From an uncultured Actinomycetes bacterium (GTDB lineage Bacteria > Actinomycetota > Thermoleophilia > UBA2241): a stretch of DNA of 64,000 nucleotides. The notes under the pieces were generated by a model that saw only the letters and a program-made list of their open reading frames with translations, was not told the DNA's origin and searched no databases. Shown piece after piece: positions 38,341-48,740 of the stretch. The DNA is taken from the NCBI GenBank assembly GCA_963725665.1, contig CAVRZA010000004.1:448001-512000 (forward strand). Direction: 5' to 3'. Numbering within the stretch: the first letter of the stretch is position 1; each line of letters opens with the position of its first letter. Position numbers and translations under genes: made by a program.

Positions 38341-39201
38341 TTAGCTGAGCCCGCGCCCCTTGGCCATACCCTGCTTGGCGGTCGCCGCCAACAGGCGGCG
38401 TAGGACCTCCGCGATGCCGCTGACGCCGTCGACCCAGACATCGCTCGTCTCGCGCACGCGCGCCGGCGTCTCGTCGCTCACGGCCGCCACGCCGATAGCC
38501 GCTCGCTCGGGCCTGTTGCGCACCCAGACACGGAGGGCGGCGAAGCCGCTCGTGTCGGTGAGGTCGTCGCCGAGGAAGAAGGCCGTGGTGTAGCTCTCAC
38601 GTCCCAGCAGCGCCAGTGCGGCCGTGCCCTTTGTGACCTCCACCGGCGGGCGCACCTCGATCACCTGCTTCCCCGTGGTCACCGCGAGCCCGGCCTGACG
38701 TGCCGGCGCGACGATCTGCTGCCCGATGGCGCGCAACGCCGCGTCTTCGTCGTTCGCCAGCCGGTAGTGCGCCGCCAGGACGCTGCGCTTGTTCTCAAGG
38801 ACGATCCCGAGCGCTTCGAGCTCGGCCGTGCGGAGGCCGGCGACGATGGCCTGCACACGCGGCACGTACGGGTCCGCTCCGGGGTCCGTCTGCACCACGC
38901 CGGCGGGGTCCATGAGCTCGAGGCCGTGCGTGCCGATGTAGAAGGTGTTCTTGAGGCGTACGAGCCGGGCTCCGTCGAGGACGGCCCGACCGGTGACGAA
39001 GCAGAGGAGACCGAGGCGCGACGTGAGCGTCGCGAGCGCCGCGCGCTGCCGTTCGGGGACCACGGCGTCGGACGGCCGCGGCGCGATGGGGGAGATGGTG
39101 CCGTCGATGTCGCAGAACAGCGCCGTGGCGGCGGGGTCGAGCGCCACCGCCGCGAGGCCTTCTTCGAGCCGTTCCTCACCGTGCAAGATCAAGCCTGTCA
39201 T
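38341..39201 (-). CDS. otsB: trehalose-6-phosphate phosphatase
   Basis: HAD DIDGT, TGR, G.HG.E, ENK...HYR, GK.V.EVRP..KG and GDDLTD. Confidence 0.88.
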   Translation of the reverse strand: MTGLILHGEERLEEGLAAVALDPAATALFCDIDGTISPIAPRPSDAVVPERQRAALATLTSRLGLLCFVTGRAVLDGARLVRLKNTFYIGTHGLELMDPAGVVQTDPGADPYVPRVQAIVAGLRTAELEALGIVLENKRSVLAAHYRLANDEDAALRAIGQQIVAPARQAGLAVTTGKQVIEVRPPVEVTKGTAALALLGRESYTTAFFLGDDLTDTSGFAALRVWVRNRPERAAIGVAAVSDETPARVRETSDVWVDGVSGIAEVLRRLLAATAKQGMAKGRGLS

Positions 39202-39342
39202 GGGTGCATCTCCTCGGTCGAGGCGCGGCTGCAGCCGACACCGGGCCGCGCCTAAGGGTATCGGAAGCTCTCTCCGCCCGCTACAGACGGCTTGCGAAAG
39301 GCTTCGTCTCCGGCGCGCGCAACGTTAAGGAACAGACGGGCG

Positions 39343-40033
39343 ATGCCGACACCTTCGGGCATGGACGAGGTCGCCACGGAGAGCCTCGATGCCGCCGCCG
39401 GCCGACGCGGCCGCCGCCGTGGCGAGCGTCGTTGCCGACGAGCGTGCCGATCCCTACCTCAAGTCGATGCTCCTCAGCCTCATCGAGGAGAGCTATCTGC
39501 ACAGCGGCACCTTCACGCAGTTCGCCGCCGAGGTGCTCAAGGTCCTCGCCTACGCCGTGACGGTACCGGTCGCCTTCACCGAGGGCTTCTTGCGCGCCTA
39601 CCTCTCCATCGAACGCATCGAGGAGACCGACGAGGGCCGCATCAAGATCGTGCCCAAGGCCGACGCGAGCGAGGAGGACTGGATCCGCGACGTCGACCAG
39701 ATCACGGCCCAGGTCGACCCCAGCGCCGTGTTCAACCCCATCGTGCGCTCGAAGCTTGAGGCGGTCCACGACGCGTCGAGCAAGGTCATGCATTACGACC
39801 TCGACCAGCTCTCGAGGATGTCCGACGGCCAGCTCATGGACGTGCTGCGCCAGATGCAGAAGGAGTCCGAGGAGCTGGACGGCGAGGGGCCTCCCGAGGA
39901 GGAAGCCACCGACTACGTGCGCGCCAAGCTGGCGACGATCCGGCGCAACGTGCGCCAGTTCCAGGCCCAGGCGAAGCGCGCCGAGGAGGCCATCGACCGT
40001 GGCCTCGACGAGGAGAAGGACACGGATGACTGA
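39343..40033 (+). CDS. acidic alpha-helical hypothetical protein (probable indel near 39400)
   Basis: ORF 39389..40033 has typical GC3-rich coding pattern; the upstream in-context ATG at 39343 is in another frame. Confidence 0.6.
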
Positions 40034-40176
40034 GCGCACCTGCAGCCCCGCGTGCGTGCCTCCGCCGCCGCCCGCGGCTGCTTGACCCCGTAGCCTGCGA
40101 CCGGAATACTAGCCCGGCGCGAGGGCACCCTCGCGCTCCCCGCGACCGCGGGCAGGAGTGAAGGGAAGGAGAGCTC

Positions 40177-41088
40177 CTGGAGCGGTTCTCCGACAGGCTC
40201 GCCGCGCGCGTCCTGGCGACCGGCAGCGTCGTCTGCGTCGGTCTCGACCCCGATCTGGCCCGCATGCCGCCCGCCCTGGTGCGCAAGTACAGCCATCGGG
40301 CGGCCACGATCGACGACGCCCAGGCGGTGGCCCTCTGCTTCGAGGAGTTCTGCTGCGGGATCATCGACGTCGTGGCCGATAGCGCGCCCGTGGTCAAGCC
40401 TCAGGCCGCTTTCTTCGAGCAGTGCGGGGCGCCTGGCTGGATCGCGCTGCGCGCCGTCGTCGAGCACGCGCAGCGTCGCGGCCTGCTGGTCATCGTCGAC
40501 GCCAAGCGCGGCGACATCGCCTCGACGGCGACGGCCTACGCGCGAGCCCTCTTCGGCGGCGCGCCGGGTTTCAACGGCGAGCTCGCCGGCCTGGGCGCCG
40601 ACGCCGTCACGCTGAGCCCCTACCTGGGTGCGGATTCGCTGGCCCCCTTCATCGAGTACTGCGAGCGTGGCAAGGGCGTCTTCGTCCTGGCGCGCACGAG
40701 CAACCCGGGGGCGGCCGATCTCCAGGAGCGCGAGAGCGGGGAGCGTCCCCTGTTCGCCCACGTGGCCGCGATGATCCGCCGCCTGGGCGAGCCCCACGTC
40801 GGCCGCTACGGCTTCAGCGATGTGGGCGCCGTGGTAGGGGCGACGGCGCCCGACGCCCTGCGTTCGCTGCGCCCGGAGCTGCCGAAGAGCTTCTTCCTCG
40901 TGCCCGGCTACGGTGCGCAAGGGGGTGACGCCGCCGCGCTCGCCGGGCTCGGCGACGAGCGGGGCCTCGGCTTTATAGTCAACGCTTCGCGGTCTATCAT
41001 CTACGCCTGGCAGGAGACCGGGGCCGAGTACCAGCTCGCCGCCGCCGAGGCCGTGGCGGTCATGAAGGCAGAGCTGGCTGGGGTGTGA
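40177..41088 (+). CDS. pyrF: orotidine-5'-phosphate decarboxylase
   Basis: CVGLDP, KPQAAFFE, DAKRGDIAST, SPYLG, TSNPG, VVGAT, VPGYGAQG. The only in-frame start before CVGLDP is CTG 40177. Confidence 0.92.
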   Translation: MERFSDRLAARVLATGSVVCVGLDPDLARMPPALVRKYSHRAATIDDAQAVALCFEEFCCGIIDVVADSAPVVKPQAAFFEQCGAPGWIALRAVVEHAQRRGLLVIVDAKRGDIASTATAYARALFGGAPGFNGELAGLGADAVTLSPYLGADSLAPFIEYCERGKGVFVLARTSNPGAADLQERESGERPLFAHVAAMIRRLGEPHVGRYGFSDVGAVVGATAPDALRSLRPELPKSFFLVPGYGAQGGDAAALAGLGDERGLGFIVNASRSIIYAWQETGAEYQLAAAEAVAVMKAELAGV

Positions 41089-41089
41089 G

Positions 41090-41731
41090 ATGGGAGACCC
41101 GACGAGGGGTGGGCCGCCTTACGATGACCCCGAGGCGACGCAGATCGGCGCGCCGCCGGAGGGTGTGGTCGACGAGAGCGGCGCGAGCACGGGGGCGCTG
41201 AGCGCCGACGAAGCCGCGACCCGGTGGGCCCCTATCGATGGCGGCGCGCTCGAGCCCACGCGGCTGCAGCCGACCTACGCGGCGCCGACCGGTCAAGCGC
41301 CGCCGCGCCCCGCCGATGGCGGCGCTGTTCGTGGCTCGTCCGGCGTGACGGGCGCGCCCTCCGGCGCCGCCGGGACGAAGCCCCGGCGGCGCCGGAGGGC
41401 GCGCCTCAACCTCCCGCGCCTCATCGCCCCCGTCGTCTTCCTCGCGGCTGTCATCGCCGTGCTCAGTATCGCCGTCGACAGCGGCGTCATCGGCGGCACG
41501 AAGGCCGGCAAGACGCCGGCGGCCACGGCGACCGGTAAGAAGACTACGAAGGCCAGCGGTTCCCCCGTCGTCAAGGTGCGCAAGTTCTACCGCGTGAAGG
41601 CGGGCGACACGCTGAGCGTCATCGCCGAGAAGTTCCACACCACCGAGAACGAGCTCATGATCGTCAACAACCTGAGCTCGACGACGTTGCGAGTAGGGCA
41701 GAGGCTGAAACTGCCGTCGCCCAGCCCGTGA
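41090..41731 (+). CDS. single-TM LysM-domain protein
   Basis: TM helix followed by YRVKAGDTLSVIAEKF...N.L....LRVGQRLKLP. Confidence 0.88.
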   Translation: MGDPTRGGPPYDDPEATQIGAPPEGVVDESGASTGALSADEAATRWAPIDGGALEPTRLQPTYAAPTGQAPPRPADGGAVRGSSGVTGAPSGAAGTKPRRRRRARLNLPRLIAPVVFLAAVIAVLSIAVDSGVIGGTKAGKTPAATATGKKTTKASGSPVVKVRKFYRVKAGDTLSVIAEKFHTTENELMIVNNLSSTTLRVGQRLKLPSPSP

Positions 41732-41901
41732 CCCGCGCGGCGGGTACCTCGCGGGGCTAAAGCCCGCGCCCGCCGCAAAGGTCGAACCACGCACGGTCCG
41801 CGAGCGCACTTCGAACGCTGTCTCGGTCATCCCCCCAGCCTCACTGATGAGCCCGTCGCACCCCGGGTGTCGATTCCTCCCATGAATGTGGTACAAGAGT
41901 A

Positions 41902-41932
41902 TTGCATTGTGGGGAATCGTGGGGTAAAGTGG
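41902..41932 (+). promoter_or_regulatory. dcw promoter overlapped by three MraZ boxes
   Basis: TTGCAT-17-TAAAGT ending 7 nt before the mraZ ATG; GTGG at 41909, 41919 and 41929 (10-nt period). Confidence 0.75.
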
Positions 41933-41937
41933 CGCGC

Positions 41938-42378
41938 ATGTTGGGGCCGCTGCTGCTAGGGGAGTACGAGTTCACCCTCGATGCGAAGAACCGCGTCGCC
42001 GTACCCGCTCGCTTCCGTCCCGTCTTCGCCGAGGGCATCTTCGTGACGCGCGGCTTCGACCGTTGCCTGAGCGTCTATCCCCCCGCGGAGTGGGAGCGTT
42101 TCGTCGGCGAACGCACGGGCGAGCTGCCGGAGATGAGCAGCAAGGGCCGACAGGTACGGCGATTCGTCTTTGCCGGGGCGACAGCCGAGGCGCTCGACGG
42201 CCAGGGGAGGGTCAAGCTGCCGCAGAGCCTACTCGAGTTCGCCGGCATCACGAAGGACGTGACGATCATCGGGGTCTACGACCATCTCGAGGTGTGGGAC
42301 CGCGCCTCGTGGGCCGACTATCGCCAACGCATGGAGGAGGGGGCCGATGCTAGCGCAGACGAACTCACGGTTCCGTGA
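41938..42378 (+). CDS. mraZ: division/cell wall cluster repressor MraZ
   Basis: GEY...LDAKNRVAVP.RFR, D.QGRV.LP and EVWD. Confidence 0.95.
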   Translation: MLGPLLLGEYEFTLDAKNRVAVPARFRPVFAEGIFVTRGFDRCLSVYPPAEWERFVGERTGELPEMSSKGRQVRRFVFAGATAEALDGQGRVKLPQSLLEFAGITKDVTIIGVYDHLEVWDRASWADYRQRMEEGADASADELTVP

Positions 42379-42385
42379 GTACGAG

Positions 42386-43312
42386 ATGGTGCTCGCCCAC
42401 ACGCCGGTTCTGCTGGAGGAGCTGGTCGACCTCCTGAAACCCGCGCCGGGTGAGGTGGCCTTTGACGCCACCTTCGGCGCCGGCGGACACGCCGCCGCCG
42501 TCGCCGAGCGTCTCGGCCCGGGGGGACTGCTCGTCGCCTGCGACCGCGACCCCGGCGTGGCGGACTACTATCGCGACTTCGAGCGTCACTCGCCCTGCTT
42601 GAGCGAGCTCTACCACGGCAACTTCGCCGAGGTGCTGGCCGAGCGCGGCGACCGATCGCTCGACATCGTGTATATGGACCTCGGCGTCTCGTCGATGCAG
42701 CTCGACCGCCGCGAGCGCGGCTTCTCATACGCTCATGACGCGCCGCTCGACATGCGCATGGACCCATCGCTCCCGGTCACGGCGGCCGATCTGCTCAACG
42801 ACCTCTCGGCCGACGAGCTGACCGACATCTTTCGCCGCTTCGGTGAGGAACGATACGCGAAGAACATCGCGCGCCGGGTCGTCGCGCAGCGGGCGCGGCG
42901 GCCGCTGGAATCGACCGGTGACCTCGTCGAGATCGTCAAGGCGGCTATCCCCACGCCCGCACGGTTCGGCGCCGGGAACCCGTCGCGGCGCGTCTTCCAG
43001 GCTCTGCGCATCGTGGTCAACGACGAGCTCGAATCGCTCGCTCGCGGGCTCGACCAGGCCTACCGCGTGCTCAAGCCCGGCGGACGTCTCGGCGTGATCT
43101 CCTTCCACTCGCTCGAGGACCGCATGGTCAAGGAGTTCTTCCGCGAGAAGGCCGCCGGCTGCATCTGCCCGCCCGGCCTGCCGCAGTGCGTCTGCGGTCA
43201 CGAGCCGACGATGCGGGTGCTGACGCGCAGGCCGGTCGTCCCACGCGCGCGTGAGGTCGAGATCAACCCGCGCAGCAAGGCCGCGAAGCTGCGCGTGGCG
43301 GCGAAGCTCTGA
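42386..43312 (+). CDS. rsmH: 16S rRNA m4C1402 methyltransferase
   Basis: HTPVLL, DATFGAGGH, DLGVSSMQLD, PLDMRMD and ISFHSLEDR. Confidence 0.96.
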   Translation: MVLAHTPVLLEELVDLLKPAPGEVAFDATFGAGGHAAAVAERLGPGGLLVACDRDPGVADYYRDFERHSPCLSELYHGNFAEVLAERGDRSLDIVYMDLGVSSMQLDRRERGFSYAHDAPLDMRMDPSLPVTAADLLNDLSADELTDIFRRFGEERYAKNIARRVVAQRARRPLESTGDLVEIVKAAIPTPARFGAGNPSRRVFQALRIVVNDELESLARGLDQAYRVLKPGGRLGVISFHSLEDRMVKEFFREKAAGCICPPGLPQCVCGHEPTMRVLTRRPVVPRAREVEINPRSKAAKLRVAAKL

Positions 43313-43323
43313 GGGGCGCCTCC

Positions 43324-43769
43324 GTGCCCTCGGCCGCGTACACCCGCGCCACCGTCTCGTCGCGGGTCTCCTTGGCGCCCAGGCTCGACGACGAGCCGTG
43401 GGACGAGGCGCTGCCGCGGGAGGCGGCGCGGGCGCGGCTCCGCGTAGCCGCAGTCGCGCCCGCAGCCGCCCCCACGCGAAGCCGCCGGCCAAGCTGCTCA
43501 TCTTCGTCGTCTGCCTGGCGCTGCTCGCCGTGGTGCGCATCAGCCTGAGCTTCGCCGTGGTGCAGAAGAACCTGGCGACGACCCGCATCGTGAACGAGCA
43601 GCGCTCGCTGGCGGCCGAGAACTCGCGTCTCGCGGAGGAGGCGGCGACCCTCTCCTCGACGCTGCGCGTGCGCAACCTGGCCGTCGACCAGCTGCACCTG
43701 GCGGCGAGCGGCACCGTGCTCTATCTGCGTGCGCACGGCGGCGCGGGACGACAGAACCGGAGCCGCTAA
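43324..43769 (+). CDS. ftsL: FtsL-like cell division protein (indel in N-terminal part)
   Basis: Lies between rsmH and ftsI; one TM helix then a leucine-zipper coil. Confidence 0.65.
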
Positions 43770-45686
43770 TGGCTGGCGGCCGCCGCGACGGGCGCGGCCG
43801 CTCCTCGGCGCCGCCCCCGCGCCGCCGCACGGGGGCCGGCAGCGGCTCGTCACGGCCAGCCACGCGTTCGTCCTCGCGCGCCGGCTCCGCTGGGCAGGGC
43901 CTGCGCTCGTCGCCCTCGCCGCGCTCCGGCCAGCTGTCGTTCGACGACGTACGGGGCGCCGGGGGCGCCGGCGGCCCCAGCGGCGCCGGCGGGGGCCGGT
44001 CGGGCGGGAGGCGGCGCCGGAGCCGGCGGAGCGGCGCCGGCGCCGCCTCGACCGACCGGCGCATTCGGTTTCTGCGGGTCGTCCTCGTCCTCGCCTTCCT
44101 GGCCGTGGGCGGAAAGGCGGTCGCGCTCGCCTCCTCGTCGTCGAACCTGGCCGCCATCGCCGCCCAGCAGCAGTTGCGGAGGATCGTGCTCCCCGCGCCG
44201 CGCGGCGCGATCCTCGACCGCAACGGCGCCGAGCTTGCCGTGGGCAAGCAACAGCGCACCGTCTTTGCCACGCCCTACATGCTCCGTGACCCGCAGGCCG
44301 CCGCACGGCGGCTGGCCCACGTCTTGCGTGTGAAGCGCCGGCCCCTTCTCAAGCAGCTCTCCGATCGCGACAGCGGCTTCGTCTACGTGGCGCGTAAGGC
44401 CGATCCGCAGCTCGCCGACCCGGCGCTGGCGCTCGACCTGCCCGGCGTCGGCGCCTACAGCGAGGAGAAACGCGTCTATCCGATGAAGACCGTGGCGACG
44501 CAGGTGGTGGGGGTGGCCGGCGTCGACAACAAGGGCCTCGAGGGCATCGAGTACCGCTACGACGGGAAGCTCTTGGGACGCGCCGGCAGTGAGGTCGTGG
44601 TGCGCGACCCGGTCGGCCGCGATCTCAAGATCGTCAAGGCGGCGGAGCCGCGGCCGGGCGTGGCCGTGCGGCTGACCATCGACCAGGCCATCCAGTTCAC
44701 GGCCGAGCAGGTACTGGCGACGACGGTGCGCCAGTACCACGCGCGCGGCGCGACGGCCATCGTCGAGAACCCCAAGACCGGGGAGATCTACGCCATGGCG
44801 AACGTGCCTCTCGTCAATGGCAACCAACTCGCCGGCGCGAGCGAGGAAGACCTGCGCAACAAGGCTGTGACGACGATCTACGAGCCGGGATCGACGTTCA
44901 AGACGATCACCGTGGCCGGCTGTCTCGAGGACGGGCTCGTGCGCCCTTCGACCCGCTTGCGCATCCCCTCCTCGCTGCTCGTCGCCGACCGCGTGATCCA
45001 CGAGGCCCACCCGCACCCGACGGAGTGGTTCACCGTACGCCGCATCGTGGCCGAGTCGAGCAACGTCGGCGCGGTAAGGCTGGGTCAGCAGCTCGGGGCC
45101 AGAACGGCTCCTCAGGTGGATCAGGGCCTTCGGTTTCGGCAAGGCCACCGGTATGGACTTCCCCGGGGAGGTCGCCGGCGCCGTGCTGCCGCTGCGGCGC
45201 TGGTCGGGATCGACCATCGGCAACGTCCCCATGGGGCAGGGCATCGCGGTGACGCCGATCCAGATGGCGGCCGCGTACTCCACGGTGGCCAACGACGGTG
45301 TCTGGGTGCAGCCGCATCTCGTCCTGCAGGTGGGCGGCGCCACGACGCCGGCGCCCAAGACCAGCCGCGTCATCTCGGCGACCACCGCGCGGCAGCTCGC
45401 CTCGATGCTGAGCGACGCCGTCTCGGTCGGCACCGGCACCAACGCGCGCATCCCCGGTTACGTCGTCGCCGGCAAGACCGGCACCGCCCAGAAGGCGATC
45501 CCCGGCGGCTACTCGACGACACGCTACGTCGCCTCGTTCGTCGGCTTCGTGCCGGCGCGCAAGCCCCAGCTGGTCGTGCTCGTGGTCGTCGACGAGCCCT
45601 CGGCCCACTTCGGGGGCGTCGTCGCCGCCCCGGCGTTCGAGAAGATCGCCAGCTTCGCCCTGCAGCACCTCGAGATCGCGCCCTAG
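43769..45686 (+). CDS. ftsI: class B PBP FtsI (indel near 45100)
   Basis: RGAILDRNG, EPGSTFK, SSNVG; continues in the 45153 frame with GQG...TPIQ and KTGTAQ. Confidence 0.9.
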
Positions 45687-45734
45687 GCTGCCCTCGCCGT
45701 GTCGGCCGGCTTTCGCGAGAGGGGAGGCAGGCTT

Positions 45735-45743
45735 TGGTAGAAT
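45735..45743 (+). promoter_or_regulatory. internal extended -10, probable leaderless murE transcript
   Basis: TG-G-TAGAAT, 8 nt before the murE ATG. Confidence 0.5.
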
Positions 45744-45751
45744 CGCGCCGC

Positions 45752-47374
45752 ATGGACGTGGCATCCCTCCAGGCCGTGGTCTCTGACGCGACGGTCGTCG
45801 GTGACCCGGCGACCGAGGTCGCGTCGCTCGCCTACGACAGCCGGCGCGTGACCCCCGGCGCCCTGTTCTTCTGCGTCCCCGGCGTCAGCGTCGACGGGCA
45901 CGAGTTCGCCTCCAAGGCGGCGGCCGGGGGGGCGGTCGCCCTCGTTGTGGAGCACCGGCTCGAGATCGCGGTGACCCAGGTCCTGGTGCCCTCGGTCCGG
46001 CGCGCCATGGCGCTCATGTCGGCGCGCTTCTTCGGCGACCCGACCACGAAGCTGCGTGTGGTCGGTGTGACGGGGACGAACGGCAAGACGACCACGGCCC
46101 ACCTCGCGGCGCAGATCCTCGACGCGGCCGGGCTGCGGCCGGCGCTCCTCGGCACCGTCGTCAACCGCATCGGCGGTGAAGAGACGCCGGTGACGCTCAC
46201 GACGGCCGAGTCGTGCGACCTGCAGGCAATGTTCGCCGGGATGGTACGCGCGGGCGATCTGAGCTGCGCCATGGAGGCCTCCTCGCACGCGCTCGCCCTG
46301 GAGCGCGTGACCGGCATCGAGTTCGCCGCCGTGGTGTTCACCAACCTGACGCGCGATCACCTCGACTTCCACAGCGACATCGACGACTACTTCCTCGCCA
46401 AGCGCCGCTTGTTCTTGCCCGACGGCGGACGTCAGCCGCGCGCGGTCGCCGTCGTCAACGTCGGCGACGCCCACGGCCGGCGCCTCGCCGGCGAGTGTCG
46501 CGTGCCGTACGGAGACGACCTCTGGACCTTCGCCGTGCGCTCCTCGGGCGGCGAACACGTCCCCGCGAGTGGCGCGGCGCGCGGCGCGGCTACCAAGGAG
46601 GCGGCAGTGGCCGGTGCGACGGCCACGGCCGACGCGACGGCCACAGCCGACGACCTCGATCTGCGTGGCGACGGCTCGTCGTTCACGCTGCGCGTGCCGC
46701 GCCTCGGGATCGCGCGCCGCGTCGAGATGCGTCTGGCGGCGCACTTCAACGTGGCCAACGGGCTCGCCGCCGCGACGGCCGGGCTCGCCATCGGTCTGCC
46801 GCTCGGCGCCGTCGTGGAAGGTCTCGAGTCGACGGCCGGCGTGCCCGGCCGCTTCGAGGCCGTGCGCGCCGGCCAGCCGTTCACCGTCCTGGTCGACTAC
46901 TCGCACACGCCCGACTCGCTCGAGAACGCGCTGCAGGCGGCCCGCGGCGTGGCCGCGGGCCGCCTGCTGTGCGTCTTCGGCTGCGGCGGCGACCGCGACC
47001 GCGGCAAGCGGCCCCTGATGGGCGAGGTCGCTTCGCGCCTGGCCGATCTCGCCATCGTGACCTCCGACAACCCGCGTACCGAGGATCCCCTGGCCATCAT
47101 CGAGCAGATCCGCGCCGGCGTGCACCCCGAGAGGACCATCGTGGAACCCGATCGCCGGGCGGCGATCGAGCTTGCCGTAGAAGAGGCCCTCACCGGCGAT
47201 GTCGTGCTCATCGCCGGCAAAGGACACGAACGCGGACAGATCATCGGGGGCGAGAAGATCCCCTTCGACGACCGCGAGGTCGCGCTCGAGGCTCTGCGTC
47301 GCGCGGGGTACGGCGTAGCCGATGCGGCGCCCGGTGCGGGCGACGGTCGCGCCCGCGAGCGGAGCGGATCGTGA
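45752..47374 (+). CDS. murE: UDP-MurNAc-tripeptide synthetase
   Basis: YDSR, GVTGTNGKTT, MEASSH, NLTRDHLDFH, DYSHTPD, DNPR (DAP-type) and AGKGHE. Confidence 0.95.
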   Translation: MDVASLQAVVSDATVVGDPATEVASLAYDSRRVTPGALFFCVPGVSVDGHEFASKAAAGGAVALVVEHRLEIAVTQVLVPSVRRAMALMSARFFGDPTTKLRVVGVTGTNGKTTTAHLAAQILDAAGLRPALLGTVVNRIGGEETPVTLTTAESCDLQAMFAGMVRAGDLSCAMEASSHALALERVTGIEFAAVVFTNLTRDHLDFHSDIDDYFLAKRRLFLPDGGRQPRAVAVVNVGDAHGRRLAGECRVPYGDDLWTFAVRSSGGEHVPASGAARGAATKEAAVAGATATADATATADDLDLRGDGSSFTLRVPRLGIARRVEMRLAAHFNVANGLAAATAGLAIGLPLGAVVEGLESTAGVPGRFEAVRAGQPFTVLVDYSHTPDSLENALQAARGVAAGRLLCVFGCGGDRDRGKRPLMGEVASRLADLAIVTSDNPRTEDPLAIIEQIRAGVHPERTIVEPDRRAAIELAVEEALTGDVVLIAGKGHERGQIIGGEKIPFDDREVALEALRRAGYGVADAAPGAGDGRARERSGS

Positions 47375-48740
47375 TCCCGCTGACGCTGACCGAGGTCGCC
47401 GCCGCCTGCGGCGGGCGCCTCGTAGCCGGCGGCGGCGACCTGGTCGTCGACCGGGTCTGCACCGACAGCCGCGCGGTCGCGAAGGGAGACCTGTTCATCG
47501 GGCTGCAAGGCGAGCGCTTCGATGGCGACCGCTTCGCGGCCGCGGCGCTCAAGGCCGGCACCTCCGCCGTGGTGGTGCGCGAGCAGACGGCGGCGCGCCT
47601 GCCCAAGCGCGCGGCGAAGATCGTCGTCGACGACGGGCTCGTGGCACTAGGGCGCCTGGCCGGCCACGTCCGCGGCCGCGTGCCGGCGCAGGTCGTGGCT
47701 ATTACCGGGAGCGCCGGCAAGACGTCGACCAAGGACATCCTCGCGGCGCTCGTGCGTCCGCTGGCCCCGACCGTGGCGACGACCGGCAACTTCAACAACG
47801 AGGTCGGCGTGCCGCTGACCCTTCTCGAGGCCGACGCAGAGACGCGTGTCGTGGTCACCGAGCTCGCCATGCGCGGCCGCGGCCAGATCGCCGACCTGGC
47901 GAGGATCGTGCGGCCCGACGTCGGCGTGATCACGAACGTCGCCCCAGTGCATCTCGAGCTTGTGGGGACCATCGAGGAGGTCGCGGCCGCCAAGGCGGAG
48001 ATCGTCGGCGCGCTGGCGCGGGGCACGCTCGTGGTTCCCCGGGACGAGCCGCTTCTGGAGCGCCACCTGCGCCGCTTCCGCGGCCGGCTCGTGACCTTCG
48101 GCGGGCGCGACGCCGACGTGCACGTCGTCGACGCCGAGCGGCGCGGCGCCCGGATGCACGCCATCATCGACGCCTTCGGGCGCCGCGCCGCCTTCGATTT
48201 CAGCTTCTCGGGCTCTCACTATCTCGCCGACGCGCTGGCCGCGCTGGGAGCTTTCGTCGCCCTTGGCTACGCGCTCGAGGAGGCCAAGGCGGGTGCGCGC
48301 GCGATCGTGTTCTCGAAGCTGCGCGGGGAGCTCTCGACGCTGACAGAGGACGGCCTTCTGCTCAACGACGCCTACAACGCCAATCCAGTGTCGATGGTCG
48401 CCGCCCTCGAGCATCTGGTCGACTTGGCCGAGGGACGGCCGGCGGTGGCCGTGCTCGGCGATATGTACGAGCTCGGGCCGGGCGCGGCGGAGTTCCACCG
48501 TCGAGGTGGGGGCCGAGGTGAGCGCGCGCCGGCGTGCGCCTCGTCGCCGTCGGCGGGCTGGCGCGCGACTATCTCAGCGGCGCTCCCGGAGAGCGCTGGT
48601 ACGCGACGGTCGAGGAGTGCCTCGCGGCGCTGCCCGACCTCGTCGAGCCGGGCAGCGCCGTGCTCGTGAAGGCTTCGCGCGCCCTCGCGCTCGAACGGGT
48701 CGCCGAAGCCATCCTCGAGCGGTACCGGGAGACCGACTGA
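47371..48740 (+). CDS. murF: UDP-MurNAc-pentapeptide synthetase (indel near 48500-48530)
   Basis: TDSR, ITGSAGKTSTK, NFNNEVG.P, DAYNANP.SM and LGDM.ELG; final VLVKASR in another frame. Confidence 0.92.

Noticed and set aside
40034-40160. PyrR-type attenuator upstream of pyrF
   Set aside because: No PyrR binding-loop consensus or U-tailed terminator is visible.
43769-47374. 1201-aa FtsI-MurE fusion in the ORF track
   Set aside because: An indel near 45100 causes read-through. The true FtsI C-terminus (KTG) is in another frame ending at 45686, and murE has its own ATG.
46213-48669. 818-aa ORF and the many other long Arg/Pro-rich or antisense ORFs
   Set aside because: High-GC shadow frames of real genes; murF starts at GTG 47371.
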